Positions 18,733-30,571 of a stretch of DNA of 64,000 nt are shown here, piece after piece. Origin of the DNA: an uncultured cyanobacterium (GTDB taxonomy: Bacteria; Cyanobacteriota; Cyanobacteriia; Cyanobacteriales; CAWCAG01). Location: positions 448,001-512,000 of the forward strand of contig CAWDOD010000011.1 in assembly GCA_963803805.1 (NCBI GenBank). The letters are read 5' to 3'. Each line of letters begins with the position of its first letter. Position 1 is the stretch's first letter. The position numbers and the translations under genes are program-made. The notes beneath the pieces are model-generated. The model worked only from the letters and a program-made list of their open reading frames with translations, made no database searches and was not told where the DNA came from.

Positions 18733-19632
18733 ATGAAAACTCTATTCCCAAGCATCACCATTGCCACCATCACTGGCACTATCGTCAGTCTAGGGGCAAT
18801 AGCTAATCCTGCTGAAGCTGCTAGCTTCAACTTTTCTTATACCCTCAATAGCGGAGATATCATCAGTGGGATGCTAGAAGGGGAAGTTCAAGATGATAAT
18901 GATACGGTCATCGTTTCAGAAATTAGTATGCCCAGCTTAAACGATGAACTTGGCCCCGAATTGCCTTTTATTGAATCTATAGCTGAAATTGTTTCAGGAC
19001 TTGATTTGGCCACCTTACTTAGGTTACTCAGCTCAGACTCACCTTCTTTCGGATCTTTAGTTGACCTTACAGCAGGGCCTTCTGGAACTCCAAAAGTTAG
19101 CTTCAGTGGCTCAGTTATGGATATTATCACCTGCTCTCTTCCAGAATGTGATGATGGCTTTGCGTTTGAAAGTAAGGGTTTGTTTATTGGTGGTGCGCCT
19201 TTTTTCAGTAGCAGTCCATCTTATGGTAATAGCCCTGCTGAACTCTATGATCCAACCAATTGGCAGCTTACAGCTAAAACCCCAACACCTGAACCAACCC
19301 CAACACCAACTCCAACACCAACTCCAACCCCTGAACCAACCCCAACACCAACTCCAACCCCTGAACCAACCCCTGAACCAACTCCAACCCCTACACCAAC
19401 TCCAACCCCAACCCCAACTCCAACTCCAACCCCTGAACCAACACCAACTCCAACTCCAACCCCTGAACCAACCCCAACCCCTGAACCAACCCCAACACCT
19501 GAATCAACACCAACTCCAACTCCAACCCCAACATCAGAACCGACTTCTATACCAGAACCAACTTCTATATTAGGTCTTCTCGCTATGGGTGCTTTGGGGG
19601 TTGCTTCCAAATTAAAGGGCCGCAAAAAGTAG
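18733..19632 (+). CDS. PEP-CTERM sorted surface protein with long Pro-Thr linker
   Basis: Signal peptide ending AEA-A; (PT/PE)n tract; [25 protein letters not shown]. Confidence 0.93.
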   Translation: MKTLFPSITIATITGTIVSLGAIANPAEAASFNFSYTLNSGDIISGMLEGEVQDDNDTVIVSEISMPSLNDELGPELPFIESIAEIVSGLDLATLLRLLSSDSPSFGSLVDLTAGPSGTPKVSFSGSVMDIITCSLPECDDGFAFESKGLFIGGAPFFSSSPSYGNSPAELYDPTNWQLTAKTPTPEPTPTPTPTPTPTPEPTPTPTPTPEPTPEPTPTPTPTPTPTPTPTPTPEPTPTPTPTPEPTPTPEPTPTPESTPTPTPTPTSEPTSIPEPTSILGLLAMGALGVASKLKGRKK

Positions 19633-19637
19633 CTCTA

Positions 19638-19701
19638 TGTAGGAGAAGGGTTTAGCTAAATCTATGCTATTATCTGGAATCTAGATAAACCCGCCCCTAC
19701 A
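19638..19701. repeat. GTAG-type REP-like palindrome
   Basis: TGTAGGAGAAGGGTTT ... AAACCCGCCCCTACA imperfect inverted repeat; degenerate relative at ~55148-55208. Confidence 0.65.
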
Positions 19702-19838
19702 ATAAATTTCTAATTGACGGCTATTTCCTAAAACCCAAAACTCTCGCTCTTGTATCTTAAGAAAGAACAGCAACATAACATCTTGCTATACTAAATCCCA
19801 TAACCACTACAGATATTGCTGGGAAATAACTTTAGCCA

Positions 19839-22502
19839 ATGCAGCCCACCGACGATAGCAAATTTACCGATCAAGCTTGGGAAGGGATTGTTAAATCTCA
19901 AGAAATTGCCCGACGCTTTCAGAATCAGCAGCTAGAGGTGGAACATTTGATGTTAAGCCTGCTGAAGGAAGAAGGGTTGGCGCAACGAGTTTTGAAGAAA
20001 GCGAATATTGATATAGCCAGATTGAACCAACAATTAGAAGCGTTTACCGGCAGACAAGCGAAGTTGGCCAAGGTCGATCAGCTTTATTTAGGTAAGGCAT
20101 TAGATGTTCTTTTAGATAAAGCCGAAGCTTCTAGGGTTAGTTGGCAAGATAAGTTTATTTCTGTTGAACATTTACTGATTGGTTTCGCTGAAGATGAACG
20201 CATTGGGCGTACATTACTCCGCAAGTTTAATTTAGATCCCCAGGATTTGGAATCGGTAATTAAGGAAGTGCGGGGTTCTCAGAAAGTTACAGAACCAGAT
20301 CAAGAAGAGAAATACGAAGCCTTAGAAAAGTTTGGCCGGGATTTAACAGAACAAGCTAAATTAGGTAAACTTGACCCCGTAATTGGGCGGGATGAAGAAA
20401 TTCGCCGAGTAGTTCAGGTTTTGTCCCGACGTTCTAAAAATAACCCCGTTTTAATTGGGGAACCAGGGGTTGGTAAAACTGCGATCGCCGAAGGACTAGC
20501 CCAAAGAATTATTAATGGTGATGTGCCAGAATCATTAAAAAATCGCCAACTAATTACCCTAGATATGGGTAGCCTCATTGCCGGGGCAAAATACCGGGGG
20601 GAATTTGAAGCCCGGTTGCGTACAGTCCTGCGGGAAGTAACTAATTCTGAAGGTCAAATTGTCCTATTTATCGACGAACTCCACACCGTTGTTGGTACAG
20701 GTTCTAGTCAAGGTTCCATGGATGCGGGGAACCTACTTAAACCCATGTTAGCCAGGGGAGAATTAAGGTGTATTGGGGCTACCACCTTAGATGAGTATCG
20801 CAAGCATATTGAAAAAGATCCCGCCTTAGAAAGACGTTTCCAACAGGTCTTAGTTAAACAACCTACCGTTGAAGATACCATCTCCATCTTAAGAGGATTA
20901 AAAGAACGCTACGAAGTCCACCACGGGGTGAAAATAACCGATTCTTCCCTCGTTGCAGCCGCTACCCTTTCCCACCGTTATATTAGCGATCGCTTTCTCC
21001 CCGACAAAGCTATTGATTTAGTAGATGAAGCAGCAGCGAAGTTAAAAATGGAGATTACCTCCAAACCCGTAGAATTGGAAGTCATCGACCGTCGCATCAT
21101 GCAATTACAAATGGAAAAACTTTCTTTAGAAGGGGAAAAAGAACCAGGGGCAACCTCCCCCGGTTATAGTTCTGCTAAAGATCGGTTAGAGAAAATTGAA
21201 CAAGAAATTAATGGCTTACAGGGTAAGCAAGAAAAACTTTCTTCTCAATGGCAATCAGAGAAGCAAATGTTAGAAGAGATTAAGAACCTCAAAGAAGAAG
21301 AAGAAAAGCTTCGTTTGCAGGTAGAACAAGCAGAAAGGGCCTATGACCTTAATAAGGCTGCCCAATTAAAATACGGGCGTTTAGAAGGAATACAGAGGGT
21401 TTTAGAAGAGAAAGAAAGTAAGCTTTTAGATATTCAATCTAAGGGTACAGCCTTGTTACGGGAAGAGGTAACAGAAGGGGATATTGCCGAAATTGTCGCC
21501 CGTTGGACAGGTATTCCCGTTAACCGTCTTTTAGAATCAGAAAGGCAAAAATTATTACAATTAGAAGGTCATTTACATCAAAGAGTAATTGGGCAACAAG
21601 AAGCTGTATCTGCTGTCGCAGCAGCTATACGCCGCGCCAGGGCAGGAATGAAAGACCCCTCTCGTCCCATTGGTTCCTTCCTTTTCATGGGGCCTACAGG
21701 GGTAGGAAAAACGGAATTAGCCAGAACCTTAGCCCAGTTCCTTTTTGATAGCGACGAAGCCCTAGTACGCATCGATATGTCGGAGTATATGGAGAAACAC
21801 GCCGTCTCTCGGTTAGTAGGTGCGCCTCCGGGGTATGTTGGTTATGAAGAAGGAGGACAATTAACCGAAGCGATTCGTCGTCGTCCCTACTCAGTATTGC
21901 TATTGGATGAAGTGGAAAAGGCCCATGCTGATGTCTTTAACATTTTGTTGCAAGTCCTTGACGACGGGCGGGTAACAGATTCCCAAGGTAGAACCGTTGA
22001 TTTTCGCAACACCATTATCGTCATGACTAGTAATATTGGTAGCGAACATATCCTTAACGTTACAGGTAAAAAATCTGATTATGAACAGATTCACAAAAAA
22101 GTGACTGAAGCCTTGCGAGGACACTTCCGTCCGGAATTTCTTAATCGAGTAGACGATCTAATTATCTTCCATCCCCTCAACAAAAAAGAGTTACGACAAA
22201 TTGTTACTATTCAACTCAAACGTATCGAGAAACTTTTAGCTGACCAAAAGTTAACCTTAGAACTTTCTGATGCCGCACAAGATTATATTGTTAATGTTGG
22301 CTATGACCCTGTTTATGGGGCCCGTCCTTTAAAAAGGGCAATTCAAAAAGAATTAGAAAATCCTATTGCCACAAAAATATTGGAAAACACCTTCGTAGAA
22401 GGGGATACGGTGATTATCGACTGTGCCGACAATAGCTTAACATTTGGCAAGCAAGAGGAGGAGTCTGTTAAGGTGGTGAAACCAGAAGTGGTTCCTGGTT
22501 AG
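19839..22502 (+). CDS. clpB: ATP-dependent chaperone ClpB
   Basis: Two AAA+ modules ([16 protein letters not shown]), coiled-coil M domain, [13 protein letters not shown]. Confidence 0.97.
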   Translation: MQPTDDSKFTDQAWEGIVKSQEIARRFQNQQLEVEHLMLSLLKEEGLAQRVLKKANIDIARLNQQLEAFTGRQAKLAKVDQLYLGKALDVLLDKAEASRVSWQDKFISVEHLLIGFAEDERIGRTLLRKFNLDPQDLESVIKEVRGSQKVTEPDQEEKYEALEKFGRDLTEQAKLGKLDPVIGRDEEIRRVVQVLSRRSKNNPVLIGEPGVGKTAIAEGLAQRIINGDVPESLKNRQLITLDMGSLIAGAKYRGEFEARLRTVLREVTNSEGQIVLFIDELHTVVGTGSSQGSMDAGNLLKPMLARGELRCIGATTLDEYRKHIEKDPALERRFQQVLVKQPTVEDTISILRGLKERYEVHHGVKITDSSLVAAATLSHRYISDRFLPDKAIDLVDEAAAKLKMEITSKPVELEVIDRRIMQLQMEKLSLEGEKEPGATSPGYSSAKDRLEKIEQEINGLQGKQEKLSSQWQSEKQMLEEIKNLKEEEEKLRLQVEQAERAYDLNKAAQLKYGRLEGIQRVLEEKESKLLDIQSKGTALLREEVTEGDIAEIVARWTGIPVNRLLESERQKLLQLEGHLHQRVIGQQEAVSAVAAAIRRARAGMKDPSRPIGSFLFMGPTGVGKTELARTLAQFLFDSDEALVRIDMSEYMEKHAVSRLVGAPPGYVGYEEGGQLTEAIRRRPYSVLLLDEVEKAHADVFNILLQVLDDGRVTDSQGRTVDFRNTIIVMTSNIGSEHILNVTGKKSDYEQIHKKVTEALRGHFRPEFLNRVDDLIIFHPLNKKELRQIVTIQLKRIEKLLADQKLTLELSDAAQDYIVNVGYDPVYGARPLKRAIQKELENPIATKILENTFVEGDTVIIDCADNSLTFGKQEEESVKVVKPEVVPG

Positions 22503-22534
22503 GATATCACCATCTACCAAACAAATTAACAATT

Positions 22535-23479
22535 ATGTCCGTTGATTTTACTGTAGCAATTCCTACCTACAACGGGGCAACTCGTCTACCCAAAGTATTA
22601 GAAAAACTCACCTTACAAACTGGTACAGAACAACTGAATTGGGAAATTCTGGTTGTTGATAATAACAGCAGCGATGCCACTGCTGAAGTAGTCAAAGAGT
22701 ATCAGGCTAGTTGGGACAATTCTATGTCTCTAAGGTACTGTTTTGAGTCGCAACAAGGAGCTGCTTTTGCACGGCAATTAGCAATTAGAAAAGCCAAAGG
22801 AGAACTAATTGCTTTTCTTGATGACGATAATTGGCCTGATCCTAACTGGGTTAGATCTGCCTATACGTTTGCCCAACATCATCCCCAAGCAGGGGCGATA
22901 GGTGGACAAATACATGGGGACTTAGAAGTTGAACCTCCCGCTAATTTTGAGAGAATTAGAGCCTTTTTAGCCATCCGAGAACATGGCCCAGAACCCCATT
23001 TATTTGACCCTGATAATCTCCGCCTTCCCCCTGGTGCTTCTTTACTGGTACGTAAAACAGCTTGGTTAGAAAGCGTTCCTCCTCGTCCAACTTTAACAGG
23101 TAAATTACCTGGGGTGATGGTACAAGGAGATGATTATGAACCCTTACTATATATGCACAAAGCTGGTTGGGAAATTTGGTACAACCCAGCTATGCACACT
23201 TACCATCAAATTCCCCATTGGCGTTTAGAAAGAGAATATTTACTTAATATATCTCGTGGTTGCGGCTTGGCAACCTGTCAACTAAAAATGATTAATACTA
23301 AATCTTGGCAGAAGCCTTGGGTTATTGCTAAAACTTTTTTAGGTAATTCCCGTCGCTTTGTAGCACATTATCTCAAATATAGAAAGCAACTAAAACAGGA
23401 TTTAGTTACAGCTTGCGAGTTAGAATTTTTTCGAGCTAGTTTAATGAGTAGTTTTTATCTCTTGAGACTTAAATCTTAA
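22535..23479 (+). CDS. hpsE: Family 2 glycosyltransferase, HpsE-like
   Basis: DFTVAIPTYNG, FLDDDN, HQIPHWRLEREYL. Confidence 0.8.
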   Translation: MSVDFTVAIPTYNGATRLPKVLEKLTLQTGTEQLNWEILVVDNNSSDATAEVVKEYQASWDNSMSLRYCFESQQGAAFARQLAIRKAKGELIAFLDDDNWPDPNWVRSAYTFAQHHPQAGAIGGQIHGDLEVEPPANFERIRAFLAIREHGPEPHLFDPDNLRLPPGASLLVRKTAWLESVPPRPTLTGKLPGVMVQGDDYEPLLYMHKAGWEIWYNPAMHTYHQIPHWRLEREYLLNISRGCGLATCQLKMINTKSWQKPWVIAKTFLGNSRRFVAHYLKYRKQLKQDLVTACELEFFRASLMSSFYLLRLKS

Positions 23480-23553
23480 GCTAGACATACTCTCTAAGAA
23501 AATATGGGAATAATATTGGTATCTAGATTTAGTAGAGAATTTTTTTAAGTCAT

Positions 23554-24540
23554 ATGCCACTGATATCGGTAGTTATACCCGTTTACAACGGAGAAAAAAC
23601 TATTAAATTAACCATCGAATCAGTTTTAAAGCAAACTTGCTCTGATTGGGAATTAATCGTAGTTAATGATGGTTCTACGGATTCCACTCTTGATTTAGTT
23701 CAAGCTATTCAAGATGAACGTATTAAAATTTTTACCTATCCTAATTCTGGCCCTAATCCAACCCGCAATCGTGGTTTTTCCCATGCTTGTGGCCAATATA
23801 TTTCTTTTTTAGATGCAGATGATTTGTGGAGTCCAGATAAACTAGAAAAACAACTACAAGCAATAGAAAGTTCTTCTTCAGCAAAAGTTGCTTATAGCTG
23901 GACAAATTGGGTCAATGAAAAAGGGGAATTAATACGTAGGGGTAGTTATAAAACAGCTAATGGCGACGTATTTGCCAAACTATTATTAATTGATTTTATT
24001 GAAAGTGGTTCTAATCCTTTAATATCCAAACAAGCTTTTGCTGAAGTTGGTGGTTTTGATGAAACTCTTCCTGCTGCACAAGATTGGGATATGTGGTTAA
24101 GATTAGCAGCTAAAAATCATTTTGTTTGTGTCGAATTTCCACAGATTTTTTATCGGGTTTCTCCTGGTTCTTGGTCTTCTAATGTAGAAAGAATGGAAGC
24201 AGCTAGTTTAAGAGTAATTGAACGTTCTCTTGCTGAAGCCCCTAAATCGGTACAAAGGTTAAGAAGAGATATTTTTGCTAATCGTTATAAAGGATTGGTT
24301 CATAGAACTTTACAAGGTGAATCCCAAAGAAGCAAAGGTTTAATAGCATCAAAATTTCTTTGGCAAACTCTTAAGTACGATCCATCTTTTTTAAGAGCTA
24401 GAGTATTAGCTAAAGTTTTAGGCAGGATTATGATCATGACTCTTTTGCCTCCCCGACAAGCCCAGGCACTATTGAATAAGGCAGGTAAGTTATCCAATAT
24501 TGATGCTTTGATGGGTTATTTATGTTTAGAACCTTATTGA
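23554..24540 (+). CDS. Family 2 glycosyltransferase
   Basis: ISVVIPVYNG, NDGSTD, FLDADD, QDWDMWLR. Confidence 0.93.
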   Translation: MPLISVVIPVYNGEKTIKLTIESVLKQTCSDWELIVVNDGSTDSTLDLVQAIQDERIKIFTYPNSGPNPTRNRGFSHACGQYISFLDADDLWSPDKLEKQLQAIESSSSAKVAYSWTNWVNEKGELIRRGSYKTANGDVFAKLLLIDFIESGSNPLISKQAFAEVGGFDETLPAAQDWDMWLRLAAKNHFVCVEFPQIFYRVSPGSWSSNVERMEAASLRVIERSLAEAPKSVQRLRRDIFANRYKGLVHRTLQGESQRSKGLIASKFLWQTLKYDPSFLRARVLAKVLGRIMIMTLLPPRQAQALLNKAGKLSNIDALMGYLCLEPY

Positions 24541-24544
24541 TTGT

Positions 24545-25486
24545 ATGCCTACTATATCTGTAATTGTTCCAGCTTATAATGCTGAAAAGACAATTCAATC
24601 AACTATTAATTCTGTTTTGCAACAAACTTGGGCTGATTTTGAAATACTAGTTATTAATGACGGTTCTACTGATTTCACTTTAGAGAAAGTAGCTGCAATT
24701 GCCGATCAGAGAATCAAAGTATTTTCTCAGGAAAACAGTGGTGTTAGTGCAAGTCGCAATCGAGGTATGTCTCTTGCTCAAGGTGAATATGTTGCTTTTT
24801 TAGATGCAGACGATCTTTGGCAAGAAAATAAACTAAAAGAACAATTAGAAGCCTTACAAAATAATCCCCAAGCAGGAGTAGCTTATAGTTGGACAGATTA
24901 TATCGATGAATCCGGTAATTTTTTACATCCTGGAGAGCATAAAACCTTAAATGGCCATGTTTATCAGGATATTTTATTACATAATTTTTTAGAAAATGGT
25001 TCTAATCCTTTAATAAAAAAAGCAGCTTTGCAGGAAGTTGGTGATTTTGATGAATCTTTAGCCTATGGTGAAGATTGGGAATTATGGACTCGTCTCGCTA
25101 CTAAATACGATTTTGTTGCTCTACCTCGCACTCACATTTTATATCGCATGGGGAGTAATTCTGCTTCTAGCAATCTCATAAAAATGGAAAGGCAAGGACT
25201 AGAAGTTATTGAAAAAATGTTTTGTGATGCTCCTAGTTCTTTTGGGTATCTTAAAAGACAAAGCGTTAGTAACTTTTATCAATATTTACTTTTTAGAGTT
25301 TTAGAAGGAGAAGTTTCTAGAGTAAAAGGTATACAGGCAGCTAAATTTTTATTTAAAGCTTGGCAATCTGATTTTTGGTTGATCAAGCGACGAAGTAGGC
25401 TGATTGGGATTATTTTCCTAAAAATATTAGCAGTTGTTTTGATACCGAAGCAACAAAATGAGCTAAAAAAGTTATTTAGAAGCTGA
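24545..25486 (+). CDS. Family 2 glycosyltransferase (paralog of upstream gene)
   Basis: ISVIVPAYNA, FLDADD, EDWELW. Confidence 0.93.
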   Translation: MPTISVIVPAYNAEKTIQSTINSVLQQTWADFEILVINDGSTDFTLEKVAAIADQRIKVFSQENSGVSASRNRGMSLAQGEYVAFLDADDLWQENKLKEQLEALQNNPQAGVAYSWTDYIDESGNFLHPGEHKTLNGHVYQDILLHNFLENGSNPLIKKAALQEVGDFDESLAYGEDWELWTRLATKYDFVALPRTHILYRMGSNSASSNLIKMERQGLEVIEKMFCDAPSSFGYLKRQSVSNFYQYLLFRVLEGEVSRVKGIQAAKFLFKAWQSDFWLIKRRSRLIGIIFLKILAVVLIPKQQNELKKLFRS

Positions 25487-25517
25487 ATTTTAAGTGTAGA
25501 TAATTTTGAGGTGGTTA

Positions 25518-26138
25518 ATGACTACAACACAAGAATATTTAAGCAAAAATAGACTAATTAGCTATTATAATCAAGCTAGAATTATTCGCTCCCTCGGTCG
25601 TCAAGTTAAAGACATCCTGGAGATTGGTACATATAATTCCTTATTTTCAGAACTACTAGCTAGATACGGCTATAACGTCACTACAGCAGATTTTGATGCT
25701 GCTTTAGAACCAGATATGATTCTCGACCTGACTAGCGATTTTCAGATTCCTCAGCAGACTTTTGATGCCATAGTTATCTTTCAGGTTCTAGAACATATTC
25801 CTTATGATAAGTTTGAGATGGCTTTAGAGAAAATTGCTCAATCTACTAAGCAATTTGTAGTTATTTCCTTACCTTATAATACTGAATACTTTTCTTTCCA
25901 GTTCCACTTTTCCTTTAATAAAAGACCTCGCAGTTTACTTTTGCAAATTCCTAAATTCTGGAGTCAACAGCCAGTAACTCCCGATGAACATTGCTGGGAA
26001 ATTGGTCTTAAAGGATATCCTAAAAAACGCATTAGCAATTCGATTAAAAATGCTGGTTTGAATATTATTAGAGAATATCAAGATGCTCTACATCCATATC
26101 ATTACTTTTTCGTTTTGGAGAGTAAGGTAAATAAATAG
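25518..26138 (+). CDS. SAM-dependent methyltransferase (polysaccharide-associated)
   Basis: ILEIG, FQVLEHIP, HCWEIG. Confidence 0.85.
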   Translation: MTTTQEYLSKNRLISYYNQARIIRSLGRQVKDILEIGTYNSLFSELLARYGYNVTTADFDAALEPDMILDLTSDFQIPQQTFDAIVIFQVLEHIPYDKFEMALEKIAQSTKQFVVISLPYNTEYFSFQFHFSFNKRPRSLLLQIPKFWSQQPVTPDEHCWEIGLKGYPKKRISNSIKNAGLNIIREYQDALHPYHYFFVLESKVNK

Positions 26139-26351
26139 GTAGTCATGTAGAGGTAATTATTTTAAAATAAACAGAGTAAATAGGGACACAACATTGTCTC
26201 CCTATAAAAGTATCTTGGTTTTGGTAAATGAGGAATGTTTTCCTTGGTAGTTACTCTTGATTCAAAATCTAAACCAAATTTGTAGACGCAACTATAACCT
26301 GAGAAATAATAAAGAGATTTTGATTATATGCACAACAACCATATCTAACTA

Positions 26352-26903
26352 TTAACTATTGATATCTTCAAAAATAGCTCCTAGTTGCAACAATTTTTGC
26401 TTCATTGGTTCGGAAATACCATGATTCATTTTGAACCTGGCGTTTCTGAATTGAGCTGCTGTGAGGGTAACTTCAAACAAGTTGGCCCCTCGCAAATCTG
26501 CTCCCATAAAATCAGCACCAATTAAATTAGCTCTACTAAGGTTTGCACCAATAAGGTTTGCTTCTCGTAAATGAGCGCCTAGTAAATTAGCTTCGGTGAG
26601 ATTGGCTGCTTTGAGATCTGCTCTTTTAAGACGAGCGCCTTTAAGGATAGCTAAACACAATTTGGTTCCTGTTAAATCAGCTTCTCTCAAATCTGCACCA
26701 ATAAGGTTTGCTTCAGTGAGGTTAGCTCCGGCAAAATTAGCACCTTTTAGGTTTGCTTCTCTTAAGTCAGCTTTAGTTAAATTAGCTCCGATGAAGTTAA
26801 GGTTTTGCTTAGAATCGAGCTTTTTTGCTTTATTCCATGCTTTCACTCCTGGCCTCGCTAAAGCGATTATTTGGCTCATAATCGGTCTCGGTGGTACATT
26901 CAT
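26352..26903 (-). CDS. Pentapeptide repeat protein
   Basis: A(N/D)LxG/xE pentapeptide repeats. Confidence 0.92.
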   Translation of the reverse strand: MNVPPRPIMSQIIALARPGVKAWNKAKKLDSKQNLNFIGANLTKADLREANLKGANFAGANLTEANLIGADLREADLTGTKLCLAILKGARLKRADLKAANLTEANLLGAHLREANLIGANLSRANLIGADFMGADLRGANLFEVTLTAAQFRNARFKMNHGISEPMKQKLLQLGAIFEDINS

Positions 26904-27656
26904 AGCTCGATAAGCTATGCTCCTATTGTCTTCATCAAGGATTTGTTATTACATCCGTGATTTTGATTAATTTTGAAACTTTTTTTGAGACTGTTATACT
27001 AGCATTTATCAAACCTTTTGATTGATATATAAAGTCGCATTTGTATCGATTAAATTGAAGTTGCAACCTTGAGGTTGTTTATTGAGCCTAAGAGTTGTTA
27101 ATTTGTTTAGTTTTCATGATCTTGTCAATTGATTGCCCTGACTGAGTTAATTGCCTTTGTAGTGGTTTGCTCAGGTAAGAGATTTTGTGGTCTAAGATTT
27201 AATCATTAATTGCAATCAGTTATATTACTGTCTTGCTATAGCTCATGTTAGCTAAACTAAGTAAATATACTATCAGTATTCACTTATCTTAGTTGAATTT
27301 TTAAAATTTCTTCCTCATCACTTATAATCAAAGGTTTAAAAATAACCATTTGTTATCTATGCCGTCTACTCCTTACTCTTAAAGCTCAGAGTTTTGTACT
27401 TTAAAAAATATTAAATACCATATATTTTCCTTAAGAAAAACCAATAATTATTAACAATAAACTAGTATTATTAATACTTTTAAATTAGTATTGCCACATC
27501 TAAGCTAATTAGACTTTTTAGTAAGAGGCTCTGCTAAAGTAATAAGACTACTAAGAAATAGCATACTTTAGACCCCTATATATTTTATCAACAACTTTTC
27601 TTTTGTTGGTTTTTTAAGATAGTTGCTATTTTCTAAAACAAAGTGAGGCAATTTCC

Positions 27657-27809
27657 ATGAAAGTTTATCAGTTATTAGATAGAGTCGGCCAATTCCTCTC
27701 AGAAGCAATAGCAAGAATATTTTCTCCTAGTGATGATTATTATCCAGTGATTGGAGTACAACCATTTTCTGGGGAACCTTTCCACGGTACAGGAGACACG
27801 GATTGGTAA
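27657..27809 (+). CDS. atpT: Small protein resembling AtpTheta (Norf1), ATP synthase inhibitor; not in ORF track
   Basis: MKVYQLLDRVGQFLSEAIARIFSPSDDYYPVIGVQPFSGEPFHGTGDTDW; amphipathic helix, D26-D27, YPxxGVQPF; GAGG upstream. Confidence 0.75.
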   Translation: MKVYQLLDRVGQFLSEAIARIFSPSDDYYPVIGVQPFSGEPFHGTGDTDW

Positions 27810-27817
27810 GGGAAAAA

Positions 27818-27884
27818 TTAATAGGTAATAGGTAATAGGTAAGGAATACAATGTTATCTTTACCCTTTACCCTTTACCTTTTTT
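27818..27884. terminator. STRR-derived hairpin between convergent atpT and argJ
   Basis: (TAATAGG)n imperfectly complementary to (TTTACCC)n, followed by a T-run. Confidence 0.55.
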
Positions 27885-29135
27885 TTAAGTCGTATACTCT
27901 GCGTTAATCTTCACGTAGTCGTAGCTTAAATCGCAACCCCAGGCTACTCCTTCACCAGAACCATTACCTAAAGAGACAGAAATTAAAACTGTATCTTCTT
28001 GTAAATATTGTCCTTTGGCTGCTTGTTGTAAATAATTGCTTGCAGCTTGTCTATCAAAGGGTAAAGGCTGTCCGTATTCCATCAACAAAATACTTCCTAG
28101 TTGTATTTTGAGATTTTCTTGTTTAAAAGTGACTCCCGCCCTACCCGCAGCAGCAGCAATTCTCCCCCAATTGGGATCACGACCAAAAACTGCTGATTTA
28201 ACTAAGGATGAACCCACAATGGTTCTGGCAACTTGACGGGCAGCAGCATCATCCTCTGTCCCAGAAACTCGCACCTCAATTAAACAAGTTGCCCCTTCAC
28301 CATCCCGCGCGATCGCCTTAGCTAAATGTTGGCAAACTGCTGTTAACATTGCTTCTAATTTCTGGGCATCTGCCCCCATTTCCGTAATTGCCGCAGTGCG
28401 AGACTGGCCATTAGCTAGGGCAATGAGGGTATCATTGGTGCTAGTATCCCCATCTACTGTGATTTGATTAAAGCTTTTGTCTGCTGCCCTGGCTAACATT
28501 TCCTGCCACAGAGAAGTAGAAACCGTGGCATCACAGGTGACAAAAGCTAGCATGGTTGCCATGTTAGGGTGAATCATCCCCGAACCTTTAGAAATACCTC
28601 CTATCCTCACCGGGCGATCGCCGATGGTGGTTTCTAAAGCAATAGACTTAGTAACTAAATCTGTGGTGACAATAGCTTTAGCTGCGGCTTCCCCACCTTC
28701 AGGAGAAGTAGCTGCCACTAACTTCGGAATGCCTAAGCGAAAAGCATCCATCGCCATACGCTGTCCAATTACTCCTGTAGAAGCAAGGAGAATAGCGTCA
28801 GGGGAGATTTGCAACTCCTTTGCTAAAAGTTCCGCCGTTTCCACCGCATCCTGCCAACCTTGTTCTCCTGTAGCCGCATTGGCTTGTCCTGCATTACATA
28901 AAATCGCCTTCGCACTAGCTTTTTTTTGCAAACGTCGGCGACAATAATCTACACAGGCAGCCCTCACTTCTGTGGTGGTGAAAACCCCGGCGGCGATCGC
29001 CTCAGTTTCTGAGACTATCAAAGCCAAGTCTTCTGCCCCCGATGGTTTAAGCCCTGCTGCGATTCCTGCTGCTTGGTAACCTCTAGGGGCTGTAACACCC
29101 CCACTAATTTGCTGCCACCCCAAATCATTTGTCAT
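27885..29135 (-). CDS. argJ: Bifunctional ornithine acetyltransferase/N-acetylglutamate synthase
   Basis: KGSGMIHPNMATML, DGDTSTND, DPNWGRI, INAEYTT. Confidence 0.97.
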   Translation of the reverse strand: MTNDLGWQQISGGVTAPRGYQAAGIAAGLKPSGAEDLALIVSETEAIAAGVFTTTEVRAACVDYCRRRLQKKASAKAILCNAGQANAATGEQGWQDAVETAELLAKELQISPDAILLASTGVIGQRMAMDAFRLGIPKLVAATSPEGGEAAAKAIVTTDLVTKSIALETTIGDRPVRIGGISKGSGMIHPNMATMLAFVTCDATVSTSLWQEMLARAADKSFNQITVDGDTSTNDTLIALANGQSRTAAITEMGADAQKLEAMLTAVCQHLAKAIARDGEGATCLIEVRVSGTEDDAAARQVARTIVGSSLVKSAVFGRDPNWGRIAAAAGRAGVTFKQENLKIQLGSILLMEYGQPLPFDRQAASNYLQQAAKGQYLQEDTVLISVSLGNGSGEGVAWGCDLSYDYVKINAEYTT

Positions 29136-29206
29136 TGATCATTCATCAGTTATTATTTATTCAATTATTATCAACTATCAACTATCAATTATCAATTTTA
29201 CCTAAG

Positions 29207-30361
29207 TTAATATAAAGTAGTTCTTTGGCGATAAGGGCGATTTAAGGAGCTAATCGCTTCTTGCAACTGATTAACCTCCATACAGGTTCCCCCTTTTGCG
29301 CCGGCCATAGTTGTGATATGCTCTTCCATTAAAGTCCCACCAATATCATTGCAACCCCATTGCAAAGCTTCTGTTGCCCCTTGCAAGCCTAATTTCACCC
29401 AACTTGGTTGGTGGTTAGGTATGCAGTTGCCTAAGAAAATGCGAGCTACGGCTGTTAAATGTAGAGTATCTTTAAGGAGAGGTTGATCTCTGCCGACACG
29501 ACGGCGTAAAGATTTGGGGGCTTCTTGCCCTACAAAAGGCAGGATGATAAACTCGCTGATACGAGCGGGATAACCTTGTTTGATACTGTTTTGTTGTAGC
29601 GATCGCAGTTTACTTAAATGGGTGATTTGCTGCTTTTGGGTTTCAATATGTCCTGAAAGCATTGTACTGGTAGTAGGCATTCCTAAACGGTGTGCCGTAC
29701 TAACAATTTCTAACCAAGTAGCAGTATTGATTTTTTCAGGACAAAGAATGTTTCGTACCCCGTCATCTAATACTTCTGCCGCAGTTCCTGGCATGGAACC
29801 AACTCCCGCTTTTTGCAAAGCAGTGATCACTTCTGCGTAACTCAAACGATCTTCCCTCGCAATGAATTGTACTTCTTGGGGAGAAAAGCTATGGAGGTGT
29901 AGTTGGGGAAAGTTGTTTTTAATGGTTTCTACTAATTGTAAATAGTAGGGTAAGGATGCACCGTCGAGTTTTGCTGTTGGGTTCAATCCCCCTTGCATAC
30001 ATATCTCTGTTGCACCCCTCTCTACCGCCTCAGCAGTTTTAGCAAGAATTTGCTCTTTCTCTAACCAAAATGCTCCTACTTCTCCTTCATCCCTACGAAA
30101 GGCACAGAAGCTACAATGCTGTTCACAGATATTGGTGAAGTTGATGTTGCGATTGATGATATAAGTGACTATTTCTCCAGCTTGCTGCTGCCGTAGAGTA
30201 TTTGCTGTAAAACGAATTTTCTCCCAGGTTGCTGGCTGTTGTTGTTGCAGCAAACATAATGCTGCTTCAGGAGATATATCCTCACCTTCTAAAGCTTGGG
30301 TGAGGATAGTTTCAACTGAGGGTGCGAGGCTAGTATTTGAAAAGGATTTGAGGTGACTCAT
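29207..30361 (-). CDS. cofH: FO (deazaflavin) synthase subunit CofH
   Basis: [17 protein letters not shown] radical-SAM motif; [16 protein letters not shown]. Confidence 0.92.
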   Translation of the reverse strand: MSHLKSFSNTSLAPSVETILTQALEGEDISPEAALCLLQQQQPATWEKIRFTANTLRQQQAGEIVTYIINRNINFTNICEQHCSFCAFRRDEGEVGAFWLEKEQILAKTAEAVERGATEICMQGGLNPTAKLDGASLPYYLQLVETIKNNFPQLHLHSFSPQEVQFIAREDRLSYAEVITALQKAGVGSMPGTAAEVLDDGVRNILCPEKINTATWLEIVSTAHRLGMPTTSTMLSGHIETQKQQITHLSKLRSLQQNSIKQGYPARISEFIILPFVGQEAPKSLRRRVGRDQPLLKDTLHLTAVARIFLGNCIPNHQPSWVKLGLQGATEALQWGCNDIGGTLMEEHITTMAGAKGGTCMEVNQLQEAISSLNRPYRQRTTLY

Positions 30362-30571
30362 AGTATCTTAGCTTTAATGAATTGTTGTTATTTTTTTGAT
30401 AATTATTACACTAAAAGAAATGAATATCCTGGTATATGTATTGGTTTAGCACTCTGGCAAAAATAGTCGAAACTCACAGAGGAAAAATTTGGCTAGACTC
30501 TAAATTAGGCAAAGGAAGTTCTTTCTGTTTTTCTTTACCATTAATAACTAACCAGCAATAACCAAACTTAT

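Noticed and set aside
19061-19625. Gln-rich ORF 19061..19573 and Gly-Val ORF 19245..19625
   Set aside because: Shadow frames of the Pro-Thr microsatellite
26596-26913. Antisense 105-aa ORF and other short overlapping ORFs in the track
   Set aside because: Lie inside well-supported genes and have no motifs of their own
27464-27478. NtcA site
   Set aside because: Spacing is GTA-N7-TAC, not GTA-N8-TAC
29207-30361. cofH as evidence of unusual F420 metabolism
   Set aside because: FO synthesis for the photolyase antenna is ordinary in cyanobacteria
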